Origin: Mizuhopecten yessoensis
Taxonomy: Eukaryota
Reading direction: 5' to 3'
NCBI RefSeq assembly: GCF_002113885.1
Contig: NW_018408803.1
Location: forward strand, 381,912 to 445,911
Length of the DNA stretch: 64,000 nt
Part shown: positions 12,366-25,800 of the stretch, in pieces
Layout: each line of letters starts with the position of its first letter
Numbering within the stretch: the stretch's first letter is position 1
Translations under genes and position numbers: made by a program
Notes under the pieces: generated by a model
Seen by the model: only the letters and a program-made list of their open reading frames with translations
Told to the model about the DNA's origin: nothing
Database searches by the model: none

Positions 12366-12903
12366 ACAAGCAAATTCGTGGAATTTATATCCCCGCTTTC
12401 AGGATATATTGTAGGTAAACATTATCGAGGTTAGGATTAAACATGCGAGTATCGTGCTGTTGAGGAATAAGTATAGCTTGAAACTCAAAGAAAATAAAGC
12501 CTTATCTAATATTTCCTGTAGTTATTAAGCGGAAATTGCAGATAATGACTCTGCCAAATGGAGTCCGATTAAAGTGGTTGTCAAACTTGGCCGAGCCCTT
12601 AATGCGTTGAACCCAGTTACTAAGTTTGAAGACAATCGGATACTATTTGCGAGAGTTAATGAACAGAAACGGAAGATAATGATGTTTTTCGATATTCAAG
12701 GGGCCATAACTCCACCAAATGAGGTCCGCTGAAAGTGGTCATCAAACACGGCCGAGCCCTTAAGGCATTTAACCCTGTGACCAAGTTTGAAGAAAATCGG
12801 TTAACATTTGTTGTAGTTATTGCACGGAAACGAAGCGTGACAGACAGACGGACAAACCCAAATTAATATCCCCCGTTTCGTTGAAAGCGGCCGGGGATAA
12901 TAA
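12366..12903. mobile_element. Helentron-like non-autonomous element (HINE) with ~160-bp internal repeats
   Basis: acaag...tatatccccgc at one end; two copies of a ...ataactc...ggccgagcccttaa...aagtttgaaga core; gacagacagacggac microsatellite; terminal hairpin atcccccg...cggggata. Confidence 0.65.
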
Positions 12904-14009
12904 ATTGTTTTTATAATTTATAAAACTAGATTTCTTGATAATTGACGATGAGAATATTGAATTATGAACATGATGAACCATGCACATATATATAAGACCC
13001 ACAGTTATCGTAAATTTTCAAAAGATTAGTCAGTTATAATTATCCAGTTTCTATTTATTTTTACCTAAGAGGATGACAGGCTTTCGTGTGATGACATATT
13101 TCAGTGTCTCAAATGCAAATTAAAATTGCAAATTTTATCAGTGTTTCGAAGGTATAAAATAAAGTAAAACACTTATTTTACAGACCCTCCATAACATAAA
13201 ATAGTCTGGTCCTTTTATTAGGCCACTCACATCAAAGATACACTCTCTTTTCAGACCATCTGAAACACTCCTCCCTCCAAGAAGATCATCCTTCTTATAA
13301 GCCCACTTATGTATATGACCTATGACTGTTTATCACAAAATTTTATAGTCAACAAATTAGCATTATTCATGAGTTTCAATTTCACTATGAACACACTCTA
13401 GCCAGCTAAACAGAGTTAATCCCACATTAATTTCCTCGTGTAAATTTACCATGGAATGAGTAACCAAGGTTGACCGCAGTTGAAAAATGTCCCTTATCTA
13501 AGCTCAATTGACTTATTATAATGCATTAATTGAACCTACTCGCATGAAATATTCACACACAAGAAAAATCCTACAACTTTCAAGTGCATGTAAAACTAAC
13601 CAAAACACTGGAGAAAGCCATGCATTCATTGTGTCTGACTTAGGCAGCAATAGTATTAAGTTCAAGAAAGTTTGTTTCAGTTATCTCAGCCTGCAGGTCT
13701 TCCTCTGTATATAAACAATCGTAAGACTTCCTCTTTCTTGTGACAAGACGGCTAAAGTAACTTGCGATCTGCTGGGCTGAGAGAAACTCATCTTTGGAAA
13801 CTTGCTTGGCAGGGCAATATGGCAGGATCGTAGATGCGAAGTAATATTATCCTTACATGTTGTAAACAGCAGGCATTTTGTAGGTGGTGAAATATTGCAA
13901 TTTGGTCCACAGTTTATGTGTTGACTGATTGATGAAAATGAACAGACATTCATGATTTCAGCCAGTAAAAAGAAATAAATATCATCAATATGATCAAAGG
14001 AAAGAAGTT

Positions 14010-14960
14010 AAAAACATAGAAGAGAATGGCAGATGCCCCCGCTCCAACTAATGATTGGGCTTAGCAATAATTTAACTTAAAATACCTTATGGCATAAAGA
14101 GTACAATTTTTTATAACCCTTCTTCAGATATACTGGTACTTTGAGTAACCATTACAAGTGTCAAAACCACACTGCAGCCTTTTTCTAATCAACTGATTAA
14201 AAAGGAAAGGAATACTTATGTTGTTTTGAAACCTTTTTCAACTGATTAAAAAGGAAAGGAATACTTATGTTGTTTTGAAACCTTTTTCAACTGATTAAAA
14301 AGGAAAGGAATACTTATGTTGTTTTGAAACCTTACATTTTGCTATTTCCCGCATAAGCAAGGGACATAACTCTGGAAAAAAAGGTGAATGTGTCAAATTT
14401 GATTTCTCTGTCTGTGCTTAGTGGTTCCTAACATTGTGTTAAAATTTCAAATGATTTTGTTTATGTCTTCTGAAGTTAGTGAGCGGAAAATTCGCATTAT
14501 CAAGGGGCTTAACCCAAGAACAAGTAAGAGAAATTTGTCAAATTCGAACTTGACCTGTGCCGAGTGGTTTCCAGCATGGTGTTAAAATTTCAAAAAAAAT
14601 ATTGGTGAAAAACATACTTTAAAGTGAGTGAGTGGAAACCTCAAATTTAGCTATTCCGCATTATCAAGGGGCATAACTCAGGAACAACAAACGTCAAATT
14701 CGAGTTTGACCTGTGCTTAGTGGTTCCTAGCATAGTGATAAAATTTCAAATGATTTTGTTTAAGCCTACTCAAATTAGTGAGAGCAAACCTCACATTTTG
14801 CTGTTTTCTGCATTTTCAAGGGGCATACATATGTAAATTCAGGAACAACAAATGTGACATATGTCAAATTTACACTCCACCTGTGTTTAGTAGTCCCTAT
14901 AATAACACCTTTAAATTTGAAAAGATAACATCGTTAAATTTGAAAAGATAACATCGTTAT
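14010..14960. mobile_element. HINE-like element with ~4 x 150-160-bp core repeats and a local 49-bp triplication (14189-14331)
   Basis: Core gggcataactc...tcaaatt...gacctgtgc..gtggttcc...aaaatttcaa recurs at ~14361, 14506, 14668 and 14821. Confidence 0.6.
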
Positions 14961-15147
14961 ACTGCCTTTATCTGTCCGTCTAAGGTTTGGCATTATAAAG
15001 GGGTTTGTGATATCAAAGGAGACATATAAAGGAATTAATAAGGAAAAAGAAAACTTCGGGCCTGGGATGTTAGAATTTGTTGGCGATAAGCGAGGTGGCA
15101 ATGAAACGAGGGGCATTATATCGAGATTTTACTGTAGTTTGTCAATA

Positions 15148-15277
15148 NNNNNNNNNNNNNNNNNNNNNNNNNNNNNNNNNNNNNNNNNNNNNNNNNNNNN
15201 NNNNNNNNNNNNNNNNNNNNNNNNNNNNNNNNNNNNNNNNNNNNNNNNNNNNNNNNNNNNNNNNNNNNNNNNNNNNN
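15148..15277. other. Assembly gap (130 N)
   Basis: Run of n. Confidence 1.
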
Positions 15278-17680
15278 AGCAATATATGTCTTTTTGTATT
15301 GCGCTAGCCTACACCACAACCACAATAAGGCTGAAATAGATTGTCGCCAGAAAGTAAGACAATATTAAAGGCTTAACGACATTTACTTTAAGTTAGTGTT
15401 AAACAAATCTACACAAACGTGACGCAGCACATGGACACAGATTGTAAATGTCATCTGTAATATATGCAAGTCATAAAATAGAAGAAAATAAACTAATTAT
15501 AAAAAAAAGAAAGTCCGGTATCGGGTTCCGGATCGGCTACTTTTTTTTCTATTGGTTAAACTCACGTGCCCGTGATTCAGCAGAAATAATTATGATTCAT
15601 GTAAAAAAGATATAATTAAACCAATTCTTTTGATATGTAGACTTTTGTTTGAAAATTATAAAGTTACAAAAAACGTGAACATTATAGACTGAAGTGTGAA
15701 CAAACGCTGTTTTATGGCGGACCGAACACAGTCAATCAATCCGTTTTTCTTTACTGTGATAAACCAGGGGTTGACTTGTCATGTCATGTGCGGTTTCTGA
15801 TATTGTGAAGTATTGTACTTAATTCACCCAGTTTGAGGAAGTATAGTTACAAATGAATATGCAAATCACATGACGCGCGGGTGGAGGTGGTGTGGGTGCT
15901 ATATCTACCTTATATACATTTTCTCATATTGATACTTACCGAGTTGTATTTAGTTTAAGTTTGAATAAAACGAATTCAATTAATTTCCTTATTTATTCAG
16001 CCCATAGGCCGACCACTATACAATTATAGTTCAACATAAGTACAATTTTACATCATTGACATTGGGGGCAATGTCTCTACAGTGATGAAGGTTACGTAAC
16101 TCAACGTTCGTTCGCATACTTGATATAGTTATAAAGTATACACAAACTTTTAAATTATATGCTAAATAATTAAACTAATGTTTAAGAACTGCAATTTTAA
16201 GATAACAATAGATTTTCTTTGGTATTACTTCCATAATTTCTTTGTACATTGGTCATAGGACAATATCGGTCATATACCGGCGAGAATATGGCGAAATCCT
16301 TCATCTGTGCTTCATTAATGCTGTAGTCTTTTTCTAGATGTACCCCTTTTACCCTTTTTAGGTCCCGCCCTTTCCTCCCCAGGGCGGAGAAGAACATCGC
16401 CGGAAGATGCCCCTTGCGAAATAAGTCAAACATGTTTAACCGTTCTGGAAAAGTAGTCTTTTAATGCCGACGACTGAACTTCCGTCAAGGTATATCATTT
16501 CACGAGCAATGCGTGAAATTAAACTGAAATTATTAAGTATATTAAGTCATCCTGTTTGTAACTTCCAGTTGTAACGCATACATTATGTGCAAATAATTCA
16601 CTATGCCAACGACAAATACCAATTCGATGTGTCATAACAGGCGTTTACCAGTGAGAAAATAATCTATTGATGCATTGAATACTTTCCTATCTTTCTGTTA
16701 ACAAACTTACAGCTGTTCTCCTTGTTTCACGTGATTTTGCAGAATTACCACCAACAGATACTAAAATGTACTGAGTAATCAATCGAAACCCACCTCGATC
16801 TTTGACAGCTTAACAGCCTCGCTTATTTATCATAGTGCGATAACCGAGGTTTTGGATTCTAAACAGGGGCGTAGCTAGTCCTTGTTCGGAGTGGATTAAT
16901 CTAAGATCGGGTCCAGGGCAGGGCCTTGATAGGGGAACAAGAGGGTCAACAAGCAGTGATTTTGTTTTGTTTTGTATTTCTGTTTGAAAATGAGGTTGAC
17001 TCACCTGCATACCAGCGTATAGGCAGCTCAGCGCCTGCTTAAGTGTTTAATTCCTATACATATATATATGTAAATAAAAAACAGAGTTTCCTAGTGCTTT
17101 CTCCTCTTTAGAGGTTCGTCAGGGAAATCCTGATATATATTCATACCGTTATACGCTCAATCGTCATACATAGCTATAAATTTAAGGCCCAGAACGTCAT
17201 TAAAAAGGGCATTTAAAGTTCAGTTTGGATTTCAGACGTGAGCAGACGCCATTGATTGAACTTCATTAATGTAATTACGTATGGGAGAAGAAAAGTTATA
17301 TCTAGTTTTTTAATCTTCACTATACAATTTTTTAATGTTAAAAGATTATCAACTTTTAAAATAGATACTGTTTAAACTAATATTGTACCGTGGTTAGATA
17401 TATACGTGAAAGTATTATACCAGTATCTGCTCTATTCCGGGATGAATCGAGACCACCAGCTCCCAAAGTGTGACTTTTGATCAGTATACACCGGAAGTGT
17501 TCATGTTTCCACACAAAAGGAAACGGGAAGGCCGGATGTCGCCATTACACCATAGGGAAATTATACACATTATACCGAAAGTACACAATCAGCGAATACA
17601 ATGTATTTCATTTACTTGTGAAATTGATGAACATTCCTTCGGTTAATCATGTGTGACTACTTCCTGCTTCGCTTTGCAGA

Positions 17681-17889
17681 GCCGCGGTGGCCAAGTGGTT
17701 AAGGCGTCTGACATTCTGATACCGCTAGCCCTCCACCACTGAATCACGGGTTCGAATGTCGCCAGGTACTATCCGTAGGTCGGTGTTTTTTCTCCGGGAA
17801 CTCCGGCTTTCCTCCACCACCAAAACCTGGCACGTCCTGATCAATGACCATAGCTGTTATAGGACGTAAAACACAAACAAACAATCAAA
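17681..17889 (+). mobile_element. tRNA-derived SINE (same family as 9397-9618)
   Basis: gccgcggtggccaagtggttaaggcg, ggttcgaat, ggtgttttttctccgggaactccggctttcctccacc, and an (aaac)n tail. Confidence 0.85.
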
Positions 17890-18737
17890 AGTCTTGACTG
17901 TCCAGCCCCGAAAGCCTCGACAGGGCGAGGCAGTATAGCGATATGCACATTATTTCCAAACAGAAAGAAACAAAAATTCCGATTTAACTTATACCCGCGA
18001 GCAGTTTAAATTTCAGTATGCATGATTTGGGAGTATGTTTGTTGTGCCGCCATTATTGCGCACGGATTAACTGACAAAACGTTTGTCCGGAACAGTGGCA
18101 TGGTTTTTATTTTAAGGATCATTGTCCACCTCTACTGTGTTGTTTTTTGTATATCAATTTAGCACAGTTGGGCCAGGACGATTCCGTTGACCAGGTAGCC
18201 CATTTGCATTGTATTAAGGGTTCGAATCTCGGTCTAGCCAAGCTAATTTTTTACACTCAGAAGACTGTTATTGGTCATATTTTGTATATATCATATGTAT
18301 ATCATAAAAATTCCCTGAAACTATGGTTTTCTTTCCAGAAATGATTTATCAAAGCCATAATCGTGCTGGGTAAGACACTTTTCAATGCGTAATTAGTTTT
18401 TGGCAGTGGTACGGTGATCCTTAACCCAGGGAGGATATTACAAGTTTAGAACGCCAGCACTGAACGTAGATTTGAGTCGTGTTTGACAGAGCAAGCCCTG
18501 GTAATGTTGAGTTATTCTGTAACCGGAAGTACTATAATAATGTTGGCCGGAAGTTTTAAAACAATGCTGGCCGGAAGGACTATGGCAAAGCTGGCCGGAA
18601 GGCACACTTGGTTCCCGATATTGTCATTATAGTTCAATGTATGAAAAATGTGTATTTCCTTATTGGAGACCGAGATCGATCTAATGTATACAACTCCAGT
18701 GACAGGTGTTTAACAGAAACATACCGGGGCATGTATC

Positions 18738-18947
18738 CACAGGGGCATGCTAATTTGTTACAGTCAAATTTGGACACAAACGGAGGTTTTCAAAGTAATA
18801 ATACACGTTTAAGGGGTTTATATGAATTTTCGGTAAAAAAAAAAAATATGCCGCCCCCGTCATCTCATTCCCTCAAATGTGTAAAACTACTCTGAACACC
18901 TCAGTTTAGGTCCAACTTTATTTGAAACAAATCCCCATGCCCCTGTG
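18738..18947. mobile_element. MITE with CACAGGGGCATG termini
   Basis: cacaggggcatg...catgcccctgtg with extended imperfect arms; a homologous right half lies at ~8400-8506. Confidence 0.65.
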
Positions 18948-19644
18948 CACGTACCATAAACTAGTGTACTTCGATATGTGCTTTGAGCACGTTCAAAGGA
19001 TTACATAACATAATCAAACGGATAGTTTGCCATCATTTAATTTTTAAGGTCGTTTGGAAAATGTGTCATTGTTTCGAAATAGTTTATGTTTTATTTGAAG
19101 ACATCAACATCAATCAATCAATCATTATTACGCAGTCAATATATTACATAATCTAAACATTTTACTGTGAAGTTTTAATTTCTATTCGAAATAATCGATT
19201 TCAAACTTAGATATTCAAGGGTTTTAGTAGTTTATTGACTGGCTATCCAAAAGGTTAACTTCTGTTTACTATATAATTTATTTATAATAGATTATATTTT
19301 CATCTTTTTATAAATCATGCATTATAAAAAGATTTATTGATACCTATGTTCAATAGCATTGCAGATTCAACTTTAAGGTTAGCCCCTTACAGGACATTGT
19401 AATACTGGCATTTAGCGGTGGGAACCGTAGCTCAAACGGTTACTCGTTTATTTATTTATATTTTTTTATAAATGTTGTATCGGATAACATTCTCTCCGCT
19501 GTCCTGGCATTATGCCCAGAATACAATTGGCAATACTGACCATGTACGAGTTATCGTTCTTGGTGATTTTGTTATCAGTTCGCAGCTGTCGACAATAGAC
19601 TCTTATCTCGTTCGAGTCGCGGATATAAACGGACACATACAAAT

Positions 19645-19831
19645 ATGATTACGAAATTATTAATAATTATTCTACATGTTTGTATCCCTCTTGTGGGTAC
19701 CACGCCCTCTACCGGTGACCAATCGCTCTTCGAGAGGTCGCTAGATGCCACAGAGGGACTTTTGGAATTCTTCAGTGCGGACTATAGCAGCATCAACGTT
19801 GACGGACTTTTTGGACTTCGAGTGGGAGAAG
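19645..19831 (+). CDS. C16orf89: C16orf89-like exon 1 (signal peptide to DGLFGLRVGE)
   Basis: ATG at 19645; donor G|gtaaaa. Confidence 0.9.
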
Positions 19832-22800
19832 GTAAAAGTGAAAACATGGCGTCGAGACAAGGATGAGAGAATATGATGAGAAAAGCCAGTGAGATCACAT
19901 GGATGTAACGACTTCAGAGAAGGCTTGTCCGGGACCTATTTAATATTTTTTGGTGAATTGATATTTTTGGGATATTTTACATGAGGATTTTCAACTTATG
20001 AAATTCAAATAGTTTGTTCAATAAGATTACAAAGATGTTCCCCAACGAGTGATGTTGTTAACCATGTTTATCAAATTTTTAGATTGTTTAAAGATTACGA
20101 GTTTGGAGACTTTTCTCTGCCGTTCAACGTTCATATGTTATATATAAAAGCTATATTTTTATCTTTTTACCTCGGGAATCCGTTTTTCCTGATTCTGATC
20201 GGGTAAGCAATTTCCATGAACTTTGATGTCACAATGGAAGATGACGTCGCCAGTATTGTCACTTAATGTCATGACTTGAATATTGACCAATGAAATCACT
20301 TGAACGGTGTTACCCACTAGTGGGTATCCAAAACTGTTTACCAAACCTAGCAGGTTTATCCGGTGAGTATGGAGTGAGGAAACCTTAAGTGAGTGTGGAG
20401 AGAAATATATAATTAATGTAATGCACAGGGTTATACCGTGGGTCGGGAAAGACTAATGTAATCAAAGGGGCATAACGAGGGTCGAGGACGGCTAGTGTGA
20501 TCACAGGGTTATAACGAGGGTCGGGAAGGCTAGTGTGATCACAGGGGTATAACGAGGGTTGGGAAAGCTAGTGTGATCACAGGGAATAAAGAGGGTAGGA
20601 AAAAGCTAGTGTGATCACAGGGGTATAACGAGGGTCGGGGAAAGCTATTGTGATCACAGGCGTATAACGAGGGTCGGAGAAAGCTAGTGTGATCACAGGG
20701 GTATAACATGGGTCGGAGAAAGCTAGTGTGATCACAGGGGTATAACGAGGGTAGGGGAAAGCTAGTGTGATCACAGGGTTATAACGAGGGTTGGGAAAGC
20801 TAGTGTGATCACAGGGTATAAAGAGGGTAGGAAAAAGCTAGTGTGATCACAGGGGTATAACGAGGGTCGGAGAAAGCTAGTGTGAGCACAGGGGTATAAC
20901 ATGGGTCGGAGAAAGCTAGTGTGATCACAGGGGTATAACGAGGGTCGGAGAAAGCTAGTGTGATCACAGGGGTATAACATGGGTCGGGAAAGCTAGTGTG
21001 ATCATAGGGGTATAACTAGGGTCGGAGAAAGCTAGTGTGATCACAGGGGTAAAACGAGGGTCGGAGAAAGCTAGTGTGATCACAGGGGTATAACGAGGGT
21101 TGGAAAAAGCTAGTGTGATCACAGGGGTATAACGAGGGTCTGAGAAAGCTATTGTGATCACAGGGGTATAACGAGGGTCGGGGAAAGCTAGTGTGATCAC
21201 AGGGGTATAACGAGGGTCTGAGAAAGCTATTGTGATCACAGGGGTATAACGAGGGTTGGGAAAGCTAGTGTGATCACAGGGTATAAAGAGGGTAGGAAAA
21301 AGCTATTGTGATCACAGGGTATAACGAGGGTAGGAGAAAGCTAGTGTGATCACAGGGGTATAACATGGGTCGGGAAGGCTAGTGTGATCATAGTGGTATA
21401 ACGAGGGTCGGGGAAAGCTAGTGTGATCAAAGGGGTATAACGAGGGTCGGAGAAAGCTAGTGTTATCACAGGGGTATAACATGGGTCGGAGAAAGCTAGA
21501 GTGATCACAGGGGTATAACGAGGGTCGGAGAAAGCTATTGTGATCACAGGGTTATAACGAGGGTTGGGAAAGCTAGTGTGATCACAGGGGTATAACGAGG
21601 GTCGGAGAAAGCTAGTGCGATCACAGGGGTATAACGAGGGTCGGAGAAAGCTAGTGTGATCACAGGGGTATAACATGGGTCGGAGAAAGCTAGAGTGATC
21701 ACAGGGGTATAACGAGGGTCGGAGAAAGCTAGTGCGATCACAGGGGTATAACGAGGGTCGGAGAAAGCTAGTGCGATCACAGGGGTATAACGAGGGTCGG
21801 AGAAAGCTAGTGTTATCACAGGGGTATAACATGGGTCGGAGAAAGCTAGAGTGATCACAGGGGTATAACGAGGGTCGGAGAAAGCTAGTGTGATCACAGG
21901 GGTATAACAGGGGTCGGAGAAAGCTAGTGTGAGCACAGGGGTATAACGAGGGTTGGGGAAAGCTAGTGTGATCACAGGGGTATAACGAGAGTCGGAGAAA
22001 GCTATTGTGATCACAGGGGTATAACGAGGGTTGGGAAAAGCTAGTGTGATCACAGGGGTATAACGAGGGTCGGGGAAAGCTAGTGTGATCAAAGGGGTAT
22101 AACGAGGGTCGGAGAAAGCTAGTGTGATCACAGGGGTATAACATGGGTCGGAGAAAGCTAGTGTGATCACAGGGGTATAACAGGGGTCGGAGAAAGCTAG
22201 TGTGAGCACAGGGGTATAACGAGGGTTGGGGAAAGCTAGTGTGATCACAGGGGTATAACGAGGGTCGGAGAAAGCTAGTGTGATCACAGGGGTATAACGA
22301 GGGTCGCAGAAAGCTAGAATGATCACAGGGGTATAACGTGGGTCGGAGAAAGCTATTGTGATCACAGGGGTATAACGAGGGTCGGAGAAAGCTAGTGTGA
22401 TCACAGGGGTATAACGAGGGTCGGAGAAAGCTATTGTGATCACAAGGGTATAACGAGGGTTGGGAAAGCTAGTGTGATCACAGGGTTATAACGAGGGTAG
22501 GAGAAAGCTATTGTGATCACAAGGGTATAACGAGGGTGGGGGAAAGCTAGTGTAATCACAGGGGTATAACGAGGGTCGAGGACGGCTGGTGTGATCACAG
22601 GGTTATAACGAGGGTAGGAGAAAGCTATTGTGATCACATGGGTATCACGAGGGTTGGGAAAGCTAGTGTGATCACAGGGGTATAACATGGGTCGGGAAGG
22701 CTAGTGTGATCATAGGGGTATAACGAGGGCCTGAGAAAGCTAGTGTGATCACAGGGGTATAACGAGGGTCGGAGAAAGCTATTGTGATCACATGGGTATA

Positions 22801-25800
22801 ACGAGGGTTGGGAAAGCTAGTGTGATCACAGGGGTATAACGAGGGTTGGGAAAAGCTAGTGTGAGCACAGGGGTATAACGAGGGTCGGAGAAAGCTATTG
22901 TGATCACATGGGTATAACGAGGGTTGGGAAAGCTAGTGTGATCACAGGGGTATAACGAGGGTAGGAGAAATCTATTGTGATCACAGGGGTATAACATTGG
23001 TCGGAGAAAGCTAATGTGATCACAGGGGTATAACATGGGTCGGAGAAAGCTAATTTGATCACAGGGGTATATTCAGGACGGTGCCTCCATGTGTGTCATG
23101 CGTGCGTGCTTGTTGTATGTGTTTGTCTATACCAGGACCCAACACAATAAACCCAGCCATGGAGGAACGCTTCGTCTCAGAGGCAGGTTACAGTGGTCAC
23201 AAAAGCGTGTAAGGCAAATGGACGTTTCATCTACTGTAATCGTCACACAATTTTTACGTCAATGACCAATTCGTTATACTGAATTAAGACAGTTAAGTGA
23301 CACCAACGCTTAAATCTTTAAGTTGAAGAGCAAGTACAAATAATGGAAAGTTTTTACATAAAATATAGCATCAACGGTTCAGGTGTTTACAGACGCTTTC
23401 AAGCAGTTTCTCGCGAGAAATTTAGATTTTATTTTACTGTCGATAGTGTAGCATAATCAAATCCAGGCTTTTCGTTAGAATTACTACCTATATAATTATG
23501 AGATCTTAGACGTAGAAAAAAAATTATCAATCAAGAAACTCGTGTCAATTTGGTTATCCATTCCATACAGGTCAGCTGCTGGACGCCATCGATGTCTGTG
23601 AGAAAAAGCCGACATGTCCATTTTCAATACTCTCCCGCTTGACGGCACTGGCAGTCAAGCTGGGGACCACGTGCGAACGCGCCTTGCCCTACGTTGAACA
23701 AGCTGACCCAGCCTATTATGAGAGATTCATGCAGACTATAGACGCCCCCTACCGGCTGCCATATAGAGTTACTACCCTTTCCGATGACGAAGTCGAAAGT
23801 GTGACGATTGGAAAGAATTCTCTATACGATGAAGACAAAGGAGACGCATGTTATGCACGACTCTTAGGGACATATGAAGAAGGCGGCTGGTAAGTCACGT
23901 GACGTCGAGGGACCTATGAAAACGCACGTAAGTCAGTCACGCGACATTGATAGAATAATATTGAGGCAGGTAGTTAAAATAATTCAGGGTGTGGCAAGTC
24001 TCGCAGGAGAATCACGAGCTATCGATAGAATTATCATGAAGTAGATAGGTAAATCATGTGTCAATGAGGGACCAATGACAAGGCACGTAGGTAAGTCACG
24101 TGACATTGATGGAATTATGATGAGGCTAGTAGATAAGTTGCGTGATATCAAAAAACCTGTGACGAACACTTTAAGTGTACCCTAAACGGAAATAGTTATG
24201 CATGTATTACTATTCGATATGATCCTAAAACAAAAATGTCGAAAACCGCATAGAAATCGGTCAGCCGAATGCCGAGATATTGACGTGCATAGTGTTAGAT
24301 TTTCACCTGTCCTTCTATTACTAATTAGCATAATCGTAACTTCCGGTAAATGGTACACTTTTTTGGCTCAACAGTTCATCACGGAAGGAATAAGCGAGAC
24401 CGAGAACAGTCATACAGCGTCAGATTGCGAATTAACATGATTTTTGAGGAATCAAATTACGCTTCGCCATAGATTGTGTTTACTATGTATCCGGATTGTT
24501 GTCTGCGTATGTTCTGCCTTCTAATACTGGCGTGAGTTCCACCGCTGCCACCACGCCAGTATTAGAGGGTGAATGTCTTAACAAAATCACAACACAGGTT
24601 TTGTAGATGTGGCACATTTATATAGGAACAAGAATACCCTGTTTAACATACAGAAAATACGCGGACAGCAATCCTCTATTAATTACATGTTTAAAGCATA
24701 AATGACGTCACGCTTGACAACAAGGCTGCGCGCCATTTTGAATGGGATACTAAATGCAATTCCGACGTTTTCTACTATTTTCTGGTATGACTGCATATAA
24801 AAATGTAATTAATTGTATATTTATGTAAATACTTAAGTGTGTGTACCAAACATTAATACCATAACAACCACTTATTCTACCGTCTCTTCATTTGAATCTG
24901 AACAAAAAAACGTTGCCTTTGAATGCAGCGAATAGAAGATACCGTTATGATTGGTCAATACCAAACAGTGATATTAAATATCACTTTTGATATTTGTCAC
25001 AGTGTGAAAGAGATCAGTTTTATCAAGTTGATAGAATCCGATATTTCACTGGCAAAAATGTAATAGATTGTAAACACAATCGATGGCGTAAAATGGCATT
25101 CAGCCATATCTAATTTGCGAGAAATGTCAGATAGTGGTTGAGTAGAAACCCAACTGAAGAATCTGAAGATGGTAACACAGACTAGTAGCATTGCATGACC
25201 AGTTTCTGAACACAAATGAAAAATGTGTTGAATAAACGAATTTCTATTTTTTATTTTTGTTTGCAAACCACAATCAATACATCTTTATGTCTGATCAGGT
25301 GGTTCTATGATAATTTACTCGTATTTGTGAGACTTGGACGCGCTGATTCATCAGATAGGTGAAACGGATAGATTCGTTTTCTGCAAGATTCTTAAAATTG
25401 GTGTGTATATTCATTATTTAATGAAAATGAAAGAGGTGTGCTTGTTAATTTCCTAGATTCCCTTGATTGCATAAAGAATACAAATATGTAACGTATCCCC
25501 TTCCCATACCTCCATATTCAATGCAAGAGACAAGGCAACTCAGGTCACAAATAGTACATACTGTATCACAATGTTTTTTGTTTTTATTACTTGGGGTATA
25601 ATACATAGGTTGCTGCTCTTTTTGAGTATATATCAATAAGAAGTGGGGTGCGCTTTCGTTTGACTCAATCAAGAAAAGAACATAATACATTGTATAATGT
25701 TAAACTTTATGCAACTAAATTTTGTCTATTCTCCACTACATCATTGCAGTGTCTGTCAATGTATTTATGTATTGTTAATATATTTACCGATTAGCTGAAA

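Noticed and set aside
15007-15339. ORFs spanning X residues
   Set aside because: They run through the assembly gap.
16197-16433. 78-aa minus-strand ORF
   Set aside because: No recognisable motif or partner exons; cannot be supported without a search.
17681-17760. tRNA gene
   Set aside because: A and B boxes are present, but the sequence continues into a SINE core and tail with no full cloverleaf; the same applies at 9540-9618 and 18170-18240.
20577-23036. Long minus-strand ORFs (up to 299 aa)
   Set aside because: Artefact of a 39-bp (3n) stop-free repeat, broken by 38-bp variants; intronic and antisense.
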